64,000 bases of DNA from Octopus vulgaris (lineage: Eukaryota). The notes below the pieces were generated by a model that saw only the letters and a program-made list of their open reading frames with translations, was not told the origin of the DNA and made no database searches. Positions 13,297 to 26,842 of this stretch are shown in pieces (position 1 is the stretch's first letter; every line of letters begins with the position of its first letter). A program made the position numbers and the translations under genes. The stretch covers positions 68,386,001 through 68,450,000 of the forward strand of contig OX597815.1 of the NCBI GenBank assembly GCA_951406725.2, given 5' to 3'.

Positions 13297-15195
13297 GTCG
13301 TCTTCCTCATTATTTAACATTCGTTTTCGATTCTGGCATGGGTAGAATGGTTTGTCAGGAACTGGCATGTCAGAAGACTACACCAGCTCTGCTGTCTGTT
13401 TAGGCATGGTTGCTTGTCCTTCCTAATGCCAACCACTTTACAGAGTGTATTGGGTGCTTTTTATGTGACACCAGCAGCAGTGACGTCACCACTTAGCTAG
13501 CAGGACAAGACTCCTCCACTGAGAGGAGTAGTATTGAGAGACAGGAAAGGTGTCTTGCATAAAAGAGAAACATGCTTACCTCAGATGGAGAGAGAGAGAG
13601 AGAATAAGATTGTGAAGATGTGACAAGGAGTGGGCAGGGGCTGTACTCCCAAATTACAGGGTGGTGTGTATAGTAAAGTGGAATGAGGGTTGGAGAGGGT
13701 AAGTAGTGGGTGGGTTCTCAAAATTTCAAAAGGAGAGTGGGACCTAGATATGAGTGGGTACCGGTAGAGGGAAGGGGTATTAGGCAGTTATGGTGTGAAA
13801 AAGGGATTTAACCAGGACATATTGTATGCAGTTAGATACATGAGGAAGAATAGAGGGGAGTGGGAAACAGCAGGGTGAGCATGGGTGAGTTGTGGAAAGG
13901 GGTATGTGGATGGATTTTACTTAGCTGTATGGAGTCTTCTCAAGCACAACAAATCACCAATTGTCACAGTCTCTTGTCATTTCCTCTGTGAGGCTCTACA
14001 TCTGAAGATCACTTCTTACCACTTCATCCTATGTCTTCCTGGCTCTTGCCCTTCCACAGGTTCCCTCCACATTTAGAGATCAGCACTTTATGCAGATTTC
14101 CTCATCCATACACATCAGATGACTATACCAGCACAGTCTTCTCTTTTGTACATGACAACTGATGCCTCTTATACCCAATTTTTCTCTCAAAACATATTTT
14201 GTTGTATATGCACTCTGACATTGCACACCCAGTGGAGCATATGATGGCTTCTTTTCTTTTAAGCCTTCACATGTCCTCTGCAGTCATAGCCTGTGTTTCA
14301 CTACCATATAGTATAGCTGTCCATACAATTTGTCTTTCACTCTGAGGGAGAGACTCTTTGTTAACAACAAAGGTAATAACTCTGAACTTTGCCCAGCTGG
14401 TTCTTATTCTAGTAAGTATGCTTTCAGAGCAACTTCCATCACAGCTAATTTGGTCACCTAGGCAACAAAAACTATCTGCTACCTCCAAGGATACCCCTGG
14501 GCATTTGATGAAATCTATTTCCTGTACATTGTTAGTGTTTATTGTACCTGCACATCTACTACACACAAAGACTACTTTCTCTGTTAACCTTCCTGTGATT
14601 CCACTGCACCTCTTTTGTGACCATAGCTTACACTGAGTACACCAAATGTAATTTCTACCTATATCCTTTCTACATATCAAACAGGGCCATTTCCCTGAAA
14701 AGATTAGTAATTTGTCTGCTTTCCTCCTTACTTGTACTTTGTCCTTTACTAAATTAATTCTAAGGCCTTTGGATTTCAGTCCTTACTTCGATACATAAAA
14801 CTTCTTCATAAAACTTCATAAAACTCTGGCAGAGATACAGCTATAAGAACAAGGGCAATGAGTCTTAAATTGAATATTTCTTGCTATCCAGAACACCTCG
14901 AGCCTCTGGTCCTCACTCAGCAGAACATTGGCAAACTTCTTCCTTTCTACTTCTCCCCTGGCTAAATACACTTATCATCTAGCTTCTCTTATAGCTACCT
15001 GGTACAACTCTCTTCGAGGCCTGTTTCTTTGCTTTTATTGCTCTGTCTACTACACTGTTCTACCACCATGTCACTGTAGGTCTGGTTGGGTACTTTGCAC
15101 CAACTACAGAGTTTACCAAAGATTGATTCTCAGTAGAATCTTGTTTATCATAGTCCTCCAGGTCATAATAGAGGAATTTAAGACTCATTGCCCTG
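13297..15195 (-). mobile_element. Degraded, rearranged RTE LINE of the same family
   Basis: Tail and 3'UTR near 13300-13500; ORF 14267..14680 (CTQCKLWSQKRCS, FVCSRC, ILYGSET); EN-RT linker 14870-15100; a + strand RT piece 15108-15195 (LFIIVLQVIIEEFKT). Confidence 0.85.
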
Positions 15196-15872
15196 AGGAG
15201 ACTCATGTTGGTATTTCATTTGGCAGAAATACTCATTGGGTGGGTGGCTCAAAATGATGAAAATTTGGTTTATCTTCAAACATACATAAATACATATATA
15301 GATTAGGTAAGCGACTGTGTGCGTGTGTATATACAGTGATGGATTCAAGGTTTTCATTTATTTATGAGTTGATTTCTTAATTTCACCAGAGTATAAATAC
15401 CTATAATGGTGATACTTTAAAAAAAAAATTTAATTGAACTTATAAATTTCCTGATAAGCAAGTTTAGTCAAATACGTACAAAGCTTAATTCACTTCAATT
15501 AAAAAGCATGATTAAGTGACGCATTGTAAGCCACACTATAATTTGCAAAAAATTTATCTGTACAAAGTATGCATTGTCCCCCTCCAATGCCTTTTTCTTT
15601 CTTCATTTTTGTTGTTCCCCACACTCTACTTTTTTACAACTTTATCACTGTGCTTCAAACATTTAATATCTGTTGCAGTCATTTAAATTTTGCTATAATT
15701 CAGAGATACCATAACCCTTTTACTTAGCCTTGAATAACTGATTTCTTCTGTTAATAACTAGGAAATGACATCTAGTTTCATAACTTTAATCACTTTACAC
15801 ACTTTTCTGAGACTAATCACTCTTTTATCTTGATTAATGGTACATATTTCTTGTAAAGAAATGAAGCTAGTA

Positions 15873-16413
15873 TGCTCTGCTGGATGTGTAATGCCAGTGT
15901 GCATATACAACAGAGTGTAAGCGCCTTGAGAGGAAAGTTGGATGTAAGAAGCATCAGATGTGGTGTGCAAGAGAGACAACTGCACTGGTATGGTCATGTG
16001 TTATGTATGGATGAGGACAGCTGTGTGAAGAAGTACCACCCTAACTGTGGAGGGAAACTGTGGAAGAGGTAGACCCAGGAAGTGCTGGGATGAGGTGGTG
16101 AAGCACAACCTTCAAACATTGAGCCTCACAGAGGCAATGACAAGCAACCGAGACCTTTGGAGATATGCTGTGCTTGAGAAGACCCAGCAAGCCAAGTGAG
16201 ATCATAGCTGTGGCCAATACCAGTGTCACATAACCGACCCATTTAAACTACCCTTCAATCATCAGGCAATATGCTGTGCTTCAGAAGATCTGTTGAGTCA
16301 AGTGAAATCATTGTCATGGCCAATGCCAGTGGCACATAAAAAGCACCATTCAAGTGTGGCCGATGCCAGTGCCACCAGCCCATAGAAAGTGGACATTAAA
16401 TGATGATGATGAT
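15873..16413 (+). mobile_element. RTE LINE 3' fragment
   Basis: ORF 15872..16072 (QSVSALRGKLDVRSIRCGVQERQLHWYGHV) matches the C-terminus of the 27-kb copy; ends ggacattaaatgatgatgatgat. Confidence 0.9.
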
Positions 16414-16703
16414 TTCTTGTAAATGATATTTGGGAGGGGGGGACCTCTAAGCTATGCAGGTGAGAATTAGGCAACATGTATAAGGTGATACCAATAATTA
16501 AAAATAAAGACAATACATTGTATTTAATTGACAGGTTGTTTAATAATGCTTGTATTATATTTTGAGAAAGATTTCTCTTATCAAATATAAGATGGAAAAT
16601 AATCCATGAGTTTAGAGAAAAGTATTATCAGCAGGCTTTCCATTTCATTTCTTGGTTTATAAATTTATTACTTTTCCTTATGTATGTAATTAAAGCATTA
16701 GAT

Positions 16704-16868
16704 CAGTGGTTCCCAACCTTTTCACTACCAAGGACCCCTTTTATTTAAATGAATTTTCCTACAGACCCCAGAATATTGAAAGGTCTGTCAGCTCAACATG
16801 TTCACAGACCCCTAGTACTACCTTTGCAGACCACCAGGGATCTGCAAACAACAGGTTTGGAACCACTG
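16704..16868. mobile_element. hAT-type MITE (165 bp)
   Basis: TIRs cagtggttcccaacc / ggtttggaaccactg and a perfect 8-bp target-site duplication cattagat at 16696-16703 and 16869-16876. Confidence 0.92.
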
Positions 16869-17631
16869 CATTAGATGATCATGAGTTCTAATATTACTAC
16901 ATTAGTTGTACTTCAGGTCAGAAATATTATTGTATTTTAGTCAGTCTACCTTGTTGAAAACTAAGTACTTTCATGTCATTGTTGAGTGGTTAATAAGATA
17001 CCAACTATATTCCAATATCATACAAATGTTGGAATCTCTCTCAATATACTTTATATAAAGATGTTTATTCCATATAAGTCTATATACTTTCCTCCATTGC
17101 CACATACATACTTCAGTATTGAGAAAGTGTGTTTGCCTGTATATATCTATATATATCATTTATATGGTCTATGATTTCTACTAAATTAGATGAAACAACT
17201 CTTGCAAGAGAAGTTGAACCCTAAAATAATAATTACTGACAATCCAAACAACTCACAAAATTTGCTGCTTTGATCTTCATTGATGTGGAATGGTTTTTCA
17301 ACTTGGTTTTTTAAAAATGATGACATGACAGCATCATTCACTAAGTCTTTGGCCAATAAATTTAAAGCTATGGCAAATTTTTAGTTTGTGTTTTTTTTTT
17401 CTTTTGTTTGAATTCTATTTTAGAATGCTGGTAGGTTAAGTGTTAAAAATACGATAGCAAAGAACATTGATAAGTGACAGGTTTTTTTGGGTTTTTTTTT
17501 ACGGGGTGGGTTTTCTTTCCTATTTTCCAATTGACTCTGACTTAATATTAACATCTGTAAGCAGTATTGGCTTCTATACTGTGACTGAAATAGATTTTGG
17601 TTTACTGTGTTGTCTGAATTTTGCTTCATAG

Positions 17632-17985
17632 TTTTCTTCCTTTTCTTCCCCTTCTTCTTACTCTGCCTCTTCTTTTTTTTTCTCTTCTTCTTCTTCCTCC
17701 AGCATGTGAGACTGTTTCAATGAAATATGTTACACATTGAATTTATTCACAAGGAAAATTTACCATTATCATCACCATCTTTTAACTTTTAATATCCCCC
17801 CACCCACTTCTTACTGAAGTAGGCTTATGTTGTCAATTCATGATTCTGAAATATTGAAATTGTACCTATGGAATATCTGAATCCAAAATCAGCAGTATAG
17901 AACATTAAAAATACACTTTTGCGTTACCTCCTCCTCCTCCTCCTCCTTCTTCTTCTTCTTCTCTCCCTTCCCTCTCTCCCTCTTT
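17632..17985. repeat. Polypyrimidine (CTT/CCT)n tracts
   Basis: CT-only runs at about 17632-17700 and 17926-17985. Confidence 0.85.
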
Positions 17986-18460
17986 GAAGAAAATTTCTAA
18001 TATTCCTTCTCTTTGCACTACTGTAGACTCCATGAGCAATGTAGATCATGGGATGAGGGTTTAAGTACAGTACTTTCATTATAATAATTTAACATCTACT
18101 TTTCAAGCTAACATGGGCTGAGTGGTTCAACAGGAGCTGGCAAATGAGGACTGTGTCAAACCTCAGTGTCTGTTCTGGTATAGTTTATATGGCTAGCTTC
18201 CTTTCTTAGCATCAGTCATTTCACAAAGTGTACTGGGTGCTTTTTACTTGGCATTGGCATGGTCACCAAGTAACTTGCAAAACATAGGGAGGCGGGGTAG
18301 TATTGAGGGAAGTTGCTTTGTACTAGGTGATAAGAGCTTAAAGTATGACAGACAGAAACAAATGTTTTGCTGTTGGGAAGATACATGCATATTTAAGACC
18401 AAATTGCTATTACTCATCATTGACATTTAATGTCAATGATGAATAATAGCAATTACTAAA

Positions 18461-18860
18461 AGGTGCAGGCATGGCTATGTGGTAAGAAACTTGCTTCCCA
18501 ACCACATGGTTCCAGGTTCAGTCCCACTGCATGGCACCTTGGGCAGGTGTGTTCTACTGTAGCCTCAGGCCAATCAAAGCCTTGTGAGTGGATTTAGTAA
18601 ACAGAAACTAAAGCCTGTTGTATAAATATATATATACACACATATATATATATATGTCTGTGTTTGTCCTCCACCACTGCCCGACAACTGGTGTTAGTGT
18701 GTTCTCATCTCTGTAACTTAGTGGTTTGGTAAAAGAAACTGATAGAATAAGTACAAGGCTTAGAAAAAAGTACTTGGCCGATTTATTTGACTAAAAATTC
18801 TTCAAAGCTGTGTCCCTCATGGTCACAGTCCAATGACTGAAACAAGTAAAAGATATAAGA
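18461..18860 (+). mobile_element. SINE, tail type A
   Basis: aggtgcaggcatggctatgtggtaag head through aatgactgaaacaagtaaaaga tail. Confidence 0.85.
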
Positions 18861-18905
18861 AAGATACTAGTTACTTTGCTCAGAGTTGTTTTAATTTACT
18901 AAATA

Positions 18906-19785
18906 TGAGATGGTATCAAAAAGTTCCCGAACTGTAGCACACTAACAGATAGTAACAAACAGTTGCATGCACAGTGAGAGCTAGCATTGACCTTCATGGG
19001 TCAGTTTGCCAAGTGACATCACTGTGTTTACTTTGCAAGTTGTGAAATTTGTTTCTTTGTGATTGTGTATGTTGTAGTCAGTGATTTTGTCATGAACAGG
19101 AAGTTGAAACAAAGAGCCAATGTGAAATTTTGCATTAAAATTTGGGAAGTCTGCTACAGAGACATTGAGCATGCTTCAGCAAGCTTACAGAGACATTGAG
19201 CATGCTTCAGCAAGCTTACAGCAACAAGGCAGTCGGTCATATGCAATGGGTGCTTCAAAAGCAGAAGAACATCCCTGGAAGACAATGAGCAATCTGGAAG
19301 ACCTGCCACGTGCATCACCCCTGGAAATATGGAGAAAATTCATCAGCTTGTGCATGAGGATCCTCAGTGGACAATCAATGATGTTGTTGGTCTGTCTTAA
19401 GGGTCCATGCAAGCAATCCTGATGTTTGGATTCTTCACAACAACAGTGCACCCTGTCACCAAGATCTCACTCGTGAGTTTCTTGTCAACAACATGGTATC
19501 ACTTCCGCACCCACCCTTTTTGCCAGATTTAGCATCTGCAAACTTCCATTTCTTCTCCAAGATGAAAATGCAGCTCAAAGGTCACCATTTTAATACTGTT
19601 GTTGAGATCAAGAGTAAATCGCAGAAGGTCCTTGACTAACTTAATGAAAATGTCTTCCAGGACAGATTCCAAAAGTGGCAGGAATGCTGGGACTGCTGTA
19701 TTGCAGTGCAAGGTGACTATTTCGAAGGAGATGACGTTAAACTTATTAAACATAACTAGTCTGTGAACCGTTTGATACCACCTCA
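18906..19785 (+). mobile_element. Second mariner family, internally deleted
   Basis: TIRs tgagatggtatcaaaaagttc / gaaccgtttgataccacctca flanked by TA; remnants QRANVKFC, GKSATETLSMLQQAY, LPHPPFLPDLASANFHFF, GDYFEGD; 31-bp tandem duplication at 19156-19217. Confidence 0.9.
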
Positions 19786-19883
19786 TATTAATAGAAAATG
19801 TGTGGTCTTAAAGTGTGTTTAGTTGGAAGCCAAAAATAACGTTAAAACAATCTTAATTCTATTTTATGTGTTAATATTTTCAG

Positions 19884-19949
19884 GCAGTGACTGACAAAAT
19901 TACAAGAGATGAGGAATCGGTTACATTAGTACTTGAAAACAAAATTGAG
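19884..19949 (+). CDS. Coiled-coil gene exon 6 (66 nt): AVTDKITRDEESVTLVLENKIE
   Basis: aatattttcag| acceptor, GAG|gtaaga donor; phase 0/0. Confidence 0.82.
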
Positions 19950-20282
19950 GTAAGAGTTAATTCTGTTGATGGATTTGCTTGTGTCAAAATTTGAAACAAA
20001 GGCAGCCTGCTGACAATCATTAATGAATTGGACAAAATGCTTAATGACATTTCCTCTGACTCTTTATATTCTCAGTTCAAATTCTTCAGAGATTGGCATT
20101 GCTTTTCATCCTCGCAGAGGTGATAAAATAAGTACTAGTCACACATTAGAGTTGATGTAATTGTCTAATATCTTCTCACTAAAATTGCTGGCGTTGTGCC
20201 AAAATTAGAAACTTATTTTAATTTTTGTTGAAAAGTAATGAAATTTTTAATAACTATTAGTTGCAATTGTCATTTTTTTCAG

Positions 20283-20366
20283 GAACTGAGAAAGCAATTA
20301 GAAAAGAAGAGTAATGAGAAGGAATTGTCAGATGAACGAGAAAAACAACATTTACGAAAAATCAAG
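20283..20366 (+). CDS. Coiled-coil gene exon 7 (84 nt): ELRKQLEKKSNEKELSDEREKQHLRKIK
   Basis: catttttttcag| acceptor, AAG|gtcaat donor; fits the 28-aa repeat consensus. Confidence 0.9.
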
Positions 20367-22436
20367 GTCAATTACCAACTTTACCTTCTTTTATTTTTAT
20401 TCAGATGATACTCTCACAAGAGATACCATAGTTTTTATTCCATAATTACCTCTTTTCAAAACTAAACCTTTTCTAAGGAATCTTGTTTAGTTTTTCCATT
20501 TGTTCTTGTATTGTTGTCATTTCTTCCATGGCACCATATATTCTATTCTCCTGTCTGCTTGAGTCTATTTAGCTGTAGTGTTGTCACTGAAAGTAGAGTA
20601 GATTAAAGCAAACAAATAGAATATAATTTGTTGAATTTGCTTTCATAACCATATGGTTTCAGGTTCAGTCTCACTGAAAAAGAAAAATGTTATTCATTAT
20701 GTTTTCTTTGTGCATGTGCATGCACACACAGCTGTGGTTAAGAAGTTTGCTTATCAACCATGTGGTTTTGTGTTTGGTTCCACTGCAGGTATCTTATGCA
20801 AGTATCTTCTACTATAGCCCTGGGTTGACCAATGCTTTGTGTATGAATTTGTTAGTTAGAATGTATGTGAATGTTTATATCCTGCTCTAACACAAAAAAA
20901 TCACTCAACTATGGGCAGTGTTATCAACAAGTCAATCTGGTTCCACGCTTTTGAAAATGAGGGGAATGAAAATTCTTTTACTTGCAAAACAAAGTGAAAA
21001 AGAGGAAAAAAACAGATACAGATTAGAACAGGAAGATCTTGCAGCTGTAAAAACAATATACTTGAATAATATTCATTTAAGCCAATGCTGTGAAAATTTT
21101 TTAACTATCACCCTTGTTCTTTCTTTTACAAATACTATTTCAACACACCATTGCTACCTTTCAATGAAATCAAATATCCCACAATAAATAGCTGCTGGCA
21201 GGTTGATAACCATTAAAAGATTACGTGTACATTAGTCATTTCATGAATATAATATAGAATGTCAAAGCATTTTGCACAGAATAAAAATGAAAACTATTCT
21301 TTTTGAAAATTAAGGCTGTTAAAAACTGCATCTATCACTCAGATTTCATATGCAACTCTGTTCCCACTACACATGAAAAAAAAAAATTCTCACAACCCTT
21401 TGGGTGGTAGGTGATACAAGGCATTTTGGCACCACCGCCACTTATTTGGCATCACTGATTTAATACTGACTTATTTAGCATCAGGCATTTTAATGTTTCC
21501 TTTATTCTCACTGTCCATCCATCCAACCATCTTCCTATCTCTGTTTGTGTGTGAGCATATTTCTCTTTATGTGTAGGAGAGTGTCAATCATGTTCTATTA
21601 ATAAATTGTAACTTTCTCTCTTTCTATTTATCTGTCTGTCTATCTGTATATGTATATTTCTATGTATGCTTAACTCCAAAAAGTAATCACCACAACAGAT
21701 TGCATTTCCAGTCAGCCATACCAAATCATCTCATTGTCCCAAGCATGGTTGCACCCACTTTGAAATCTACGAATGTGCTGGTCTGATTCGTGCTAGCATG
21801 GAAAAATAGAGAAAATCCCAAGACAAAAGACATGAAAACTTACAAGCATCTTTACTTTCTTGATGGTCATCTTACCAATGTTGACGTGATGGTCAAACAC
21901 CTCCCAATTAATGATAATGACTGATCTTCTCAGGTTTACATGTCAATCTTATTTTCATCAGCTTACTATCACCATGACCTCTATGGAAGTGTATGTGTGC
22001 GATCATCATCATTTAATATCCACTTTATCTTGTTTGCAAGGGTTAGGCAGCATTCATTGAGGCAGACACATTATCTACTGCTGGATGCTCTTTCTGTTGC
22101 CAACTCTCACCTGTTTCCAAGCAAGATAATATTGCCTCATTGACTGGCATGTTTGCATAGCAGGTTGGAAAGAGATGCTGCAGTAATGCTCATTTACAGC
22201 TATCATGCTATGTCATGTGAAGGAGATGCAGACACTCACAAGGTTTTGGTCAACCCAGAGCTATAGTAGAAAACACTTGTGCAATGTACCATACTATGGG
22301 ATTAAACCAGAGATCACATGGTTGGGAAGCAAGCTCCTTAACCTTTCTGCCATGTCTGTGTGTGTATGTACATTGATACAAAGACAGTATAATGAATAAC
22401 TTTTTTCACTTTCGCTCTGTTGTCTTAAAACCTTAG

Positions 22437-22511
22437 GAGCTGGAAAACATTCTTGATGATAAGGAGAATCTGAAAGCAAACAATGAACAGCGGCTTCTGA
22501 CAAAGATTAAG
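22437..22511 (+). CDS. Coiled-coil gene exon 8 (75 nt): ELENILDDKENLKANNEQRLLTKIK
   Basis: ccttag| acceptor, AAG|gtgagt donor; repeat consensus shortened by 3 aa. Confidence 0.92.
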
Positions 22512-23548
22512 GTGAGTGTTTAATTATTTTTATCACCAAGATTACTGAGTTCATTCATGAAAAGACAAAAGACCAATGTAAACTAGTAGAAATTTAGAAG
22601 CCACAAGGCTGAAGGCTTTGACCTTCTCTCTTATTCAATGCTATATGTTAAGTTTGTGTTTGTCATTTGACCAATCATATATTCATACATTGAATAATCA
22701 GCTACATTCAATTTTGTAAATGTGCTAAAGGTCAGGTATCTGAATGGAAACTGTCATATTCTGGTAAATTGTTTCTGATAAGACTTGCTAACATTACACA
22801 CACACACACACACACACTGTTGTATGGTTAAGAAGTTTGTTTCCCAACCAAGTGGTTTCAGGTTCAGTCCAACTGAATGGCACCTTGGACAAGTGCCTTC
22901 TGCTATAGCTCTAGGCCAAACAAATTTTACAAGTTGATTTAGTTGACAGAAACTGAAATAAGCCAGTTACTTGTGTGTGTGTTTACACACTCAGAGTGGC
23001 CGCCTCCTTATTGCACTATGCCTCCACCTAGCTAACAATTATACTGTAAGTTGTGACATGCTGTAATAAATAGCATGTGGCTAGCATGGTGTGCCTTCAT
23101 CCACTGTGTGTGTGTGTCTGTGTATTGGATTGCATTTGCACTTCTTCCAAATCCTGAACTACAAAGCAGAGATGCTGTTGTCATTTCTCTTGCCAACAAA
23201 TCATCTCTTGGTTTTGTACCTTTCAAAACATTCAGAATAAGATATCCTTTACATTTTCCACTGCTGTGCTGTGAAAGTGCAAAGGGTAAACACACACACA
23301 CCTCTTACATATAATAAAATGTAATGTGTGTCCTATCATTCATTCTGTCAAAGGAAAACTAAAACAACAAATAGAGTGGAAGTGAGTAACAGTCAGAGAC
23401 ACTAAATGCAGGCAAAGTGTAGTGAGAGGTTTTATTCTGAAGTTACTGTGTAAATTTTTATCAAATAATATTTACTTCACCAATTTCACACACATATATG
23501 AAATTAAATATTACTGTTTTGTTTTCAAAATATCATTCATGTTGCATT

Positions 23549-23586
<38 letters not shown>

Positions 23587-25694
23587 TTCATTTTTTCCCA
23601 TGTTTCTAACCCTTATTTCCAAGTAAAAGATAATACAAATGTATATGTATGCACATGCATCAATGTACATATGCATGTTTGTGTGTATGGCTGTGTGGTA
23701 AAAAGTTTGCTCCTTGATTACATTATAACCCCAGATCAACTGAAGCCTTGTGGGTAGATTTCATAGACAGAAACTGAAAGAAGTCTGTCTTGTGTATATA
23801 TGCATCTTTGTGCATGTTTCTCTCCCACCACCACTTGGTTTGTTTACATTCCTATAACTTAGCAGTTCAGCCAAAGAAACTGACAGAATAAGTACCTGGC
23901 TTAAAAATAAGTACTGGAGTCATTTCAAACCCTTGTGAATAGATTTAGTGAACAGAGACTGAAAGAAGCCCACCATGTATATATACATGTGTATGTATGT
24001 ATGTATGTATGTATGTAGGTAGGTGGGTATGTGTGTGTGTGTATGTATATAAACCATAAAAATTAGGAGATTTGAGAGGTGAATATATATTTAACCACTT
24101 GCCATCCTTAGGATTGTGATCATTTTGCAAAATTCCTCATGTAGTATTAATTTTGGTGTGGAAGATATGCTTACATTTTTGCATTACTATGTATGCTTGG
24201 TATTATACTATACAATTGTATATTCTTTAAATCAGTGGAGATGAAGAAAAGCTAGCTTAGGAGACCACCAGAACATAATGGTTACACCAACAATCAACTC
24301 GTGTGTGTGCAAGCATGTGCACTTGTTTTACTGCCTCTTTGCCTTGACATTGGGCAGTAGTTGTAAGCAAGTATCACCATCATGCAAGAGCTGTTCTTCG
24401 TTTCCAGTCTTCAATGTAATCACATTTGGGTATGGTGAAACATGGCCTTACTTGGAAACAGATGAGGGTTGGCAACAAGAATGGCATCTAATTACACAAA
24501 ATCTGTCTGTTCCATGCAAGTATGGAAAAGCAGATGTTTCATAATATATTACATGGAGGATAATATTTTCAACTGAGACATTACCACCATATTTAATTGT
24601 TCGAAAACTTCAATTCTGTGTATATGCATATATTTATTCAATCACTGACATTTATCAAGAGTTTCTCCCATTGTTTTGATGTGCCATTTTTTATCATTAA
24701 TAAAACAGTCAGTATTTTTGATGACATGGGTATGCTAAGATATAAATATACACACACATATGATGGGTTTCCATTGCTGGCTTCTACAAAGTCCACTTAC
24801 AAGGCATTGGTGAACTTGAGGTTCCAAGGTGCCATACTGTCAAATAGAACTTGAGACTACATGGTAACAAAATGAAGTCTAACTCTACAGTTATACGTGT
24901 ACCTCAATGTACAGGTTGCATGTTATTGCATCCAATAGCATATAAGATGCCCCCCCCCCCCAAAAAAAAAAAACGAATGTCTCAAATCATCCTGGTTGTA
25001 GTATGCAAAGTTGGGTCTCCTCTGACTTTAATGCACTGAAAAGTTAACTTTCCTGAATTATGTATTGCTGAAATTGGTGTGTGTTTAATATGCCCATGCA
25101 TCATCAAATGTAGTGTTTATGTGACATACTAGTGTTAACCATCATTTAACAGGTAAATTTGGAAGTATATTTTTGTCACAGTGGCTACTATCTGGAAATA
25201 TGGCACTCATACAATAATTATAATTTAACTTTTATCAAATTTCTTATTGCTTATACAAAATAATGAATACTAAGTTTTAAATAATACTAAGTTTTAAAGG
25301 AAAAATATTTATTGCCATAAAATAAAATTAAACGAAACAAATTTTTTATTTGTATAAATATATGCTGCAATAAATATGTTAATATTTTTAGAAATTTTAT
25401 CAACATAATTGCAATTTACTCCATCAAAAACCGATCTCTGCAAAATTTCATTAAAAAAATTTGTATATCTTTCAGAAAGGTGTTGGGGTACCAAACAGAA
25501 GTTACACTCCCTCTCTCTTTCTTTCACGCATACCAAATCTAGTCTGTACACTAATCAGCCACCTCTTGTGTTAACTCTCTCCATATCTCTTTTTACATTT
25601 TCCCCCCTCTCTTTATAATGATGTAAAGCATGACTGGAAAACAATCAACTAACCAGCATATATATCAGCTATTATTATGGAGAGATATAAGGAA

Positions 25695-25905
25695 ATGAGC
25701 TGGCTGAGTTGTTACTGGTTTGGATAAAATGCTTAGGGGCATTTCTTCTGGCTCTTTATGTTCTGGGTTCAGATTCCACCAAGGTCAACTTTGCTTGTCG
25801 TCCTTTCAGTGTTGATAAAGTACCAGTCAAATACTGGGGTTGATGTAATCAACTTACCCCATCTCCTCAAAATCCCTGGCCTTGTACCATAATTAGGAAC
25901 AATTA
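25695..25905 (+). mobile_element. Old short SINE family of about 200 bp (copies also near 66-250, 3520-3625, 12390-12520, 20000-20215, 37845-37960)
   Basis: Recurrent gagctggc...aaaatgcttag...gttctgagttcaaattcc...gtcaactttgc...tcctttc...gataaa...gtaccagt. The central part resembles the MetaSINE-type domain from memory (unverified). Confidence 0.65.
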
Positions 25906-26000
25906 TTATATAGAGATAGAGTAAATGTTATCCATGTAGACTGCAACCCCAATATCTTTTTGATGTTTATGTGGGATTAAATGGTATTTATGTTTCACAG

Positions 26001-26084
26001 GAACTAGAGAATCAGTTAGACCAAGAAAATGTGGACAATAAGTTACTGGAGAGCAAGGAACAGCGACTTCTAGAAGAACTAAAG
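26001..26084 (+). CDS. Coiled-coil gene exon 9 (84 nt): ELENQLDQENVDNKLLESKEQRLLEELK
   Basis: tgtttcacag| acceptor, AAG|gtaagc donor; inside ORF 25971..26180. Confidence 0.93.
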
Positions 26085-26842
26085 GTAAGCAAGCTTTTAC
26101 TGAGAAACTGGAAATCCATGACCTCTCAAACCTATATAAAATGTGCTTGTATCATATATACACCACCTAATATGTCTTAGTGAAATGACTCTGATCAAGC
26201 AGTCCTCTGGCACACATTTGGCTGGTTAGATAATGAGGTACAGTCCATAGTGTCTTCCTTCCAATGACACTGTCTCCACCTAGCTAACACACATACTGTA
26301 CTCTCTGACATACTCTAAAGAATTGTATGAGGGCAGCATAGTGTAGCTTAACATGATTATTTAAAGATTTGATCAAATGTTTTCACAGAATATTAGAAGT
26401 GAATAACATTCATTTACAACAATCACAATATCATCACAAAATACTAAAAACTTGCATGCGCACACTCACACACACACACACACAGTGTATCATCTTGGGC
26501 AAATGTCTTCCATTAAAGCCCTGGATTGACCAAAACCTTGTGGGTGGATTAGGTAGAGAGAAACTGACAGAAGCCCATTGTATGACATCTGTAAATGATT
26601 GTCATTTGTCATACAACCAGTGTCATTCATTTCCAGTATTCTGTGAGAGCATGCCTGGTTGTGGGTAAATATTATCTTGGATACAGATGAGGGTTGGCGA
26701 CAGGAAGGACCCACTGTAGAAAATCTGCTTCAGTAAAACCCATGCAAGCATGGAAAAGTGGATGTTGATATGATGATAGATACACACACACAAGTACATA
26801 TATGCTTACATATATTTAATAATATATATGTGTGTGTGTGTG

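Noticed and set aside
17190-17273. ag|MKQLLQEKLNPK... coiled-coil-like stretch
   Set aside because: Weak acceptor, no donor at a 75/84-nt position, contains prolines and ends in a stop.
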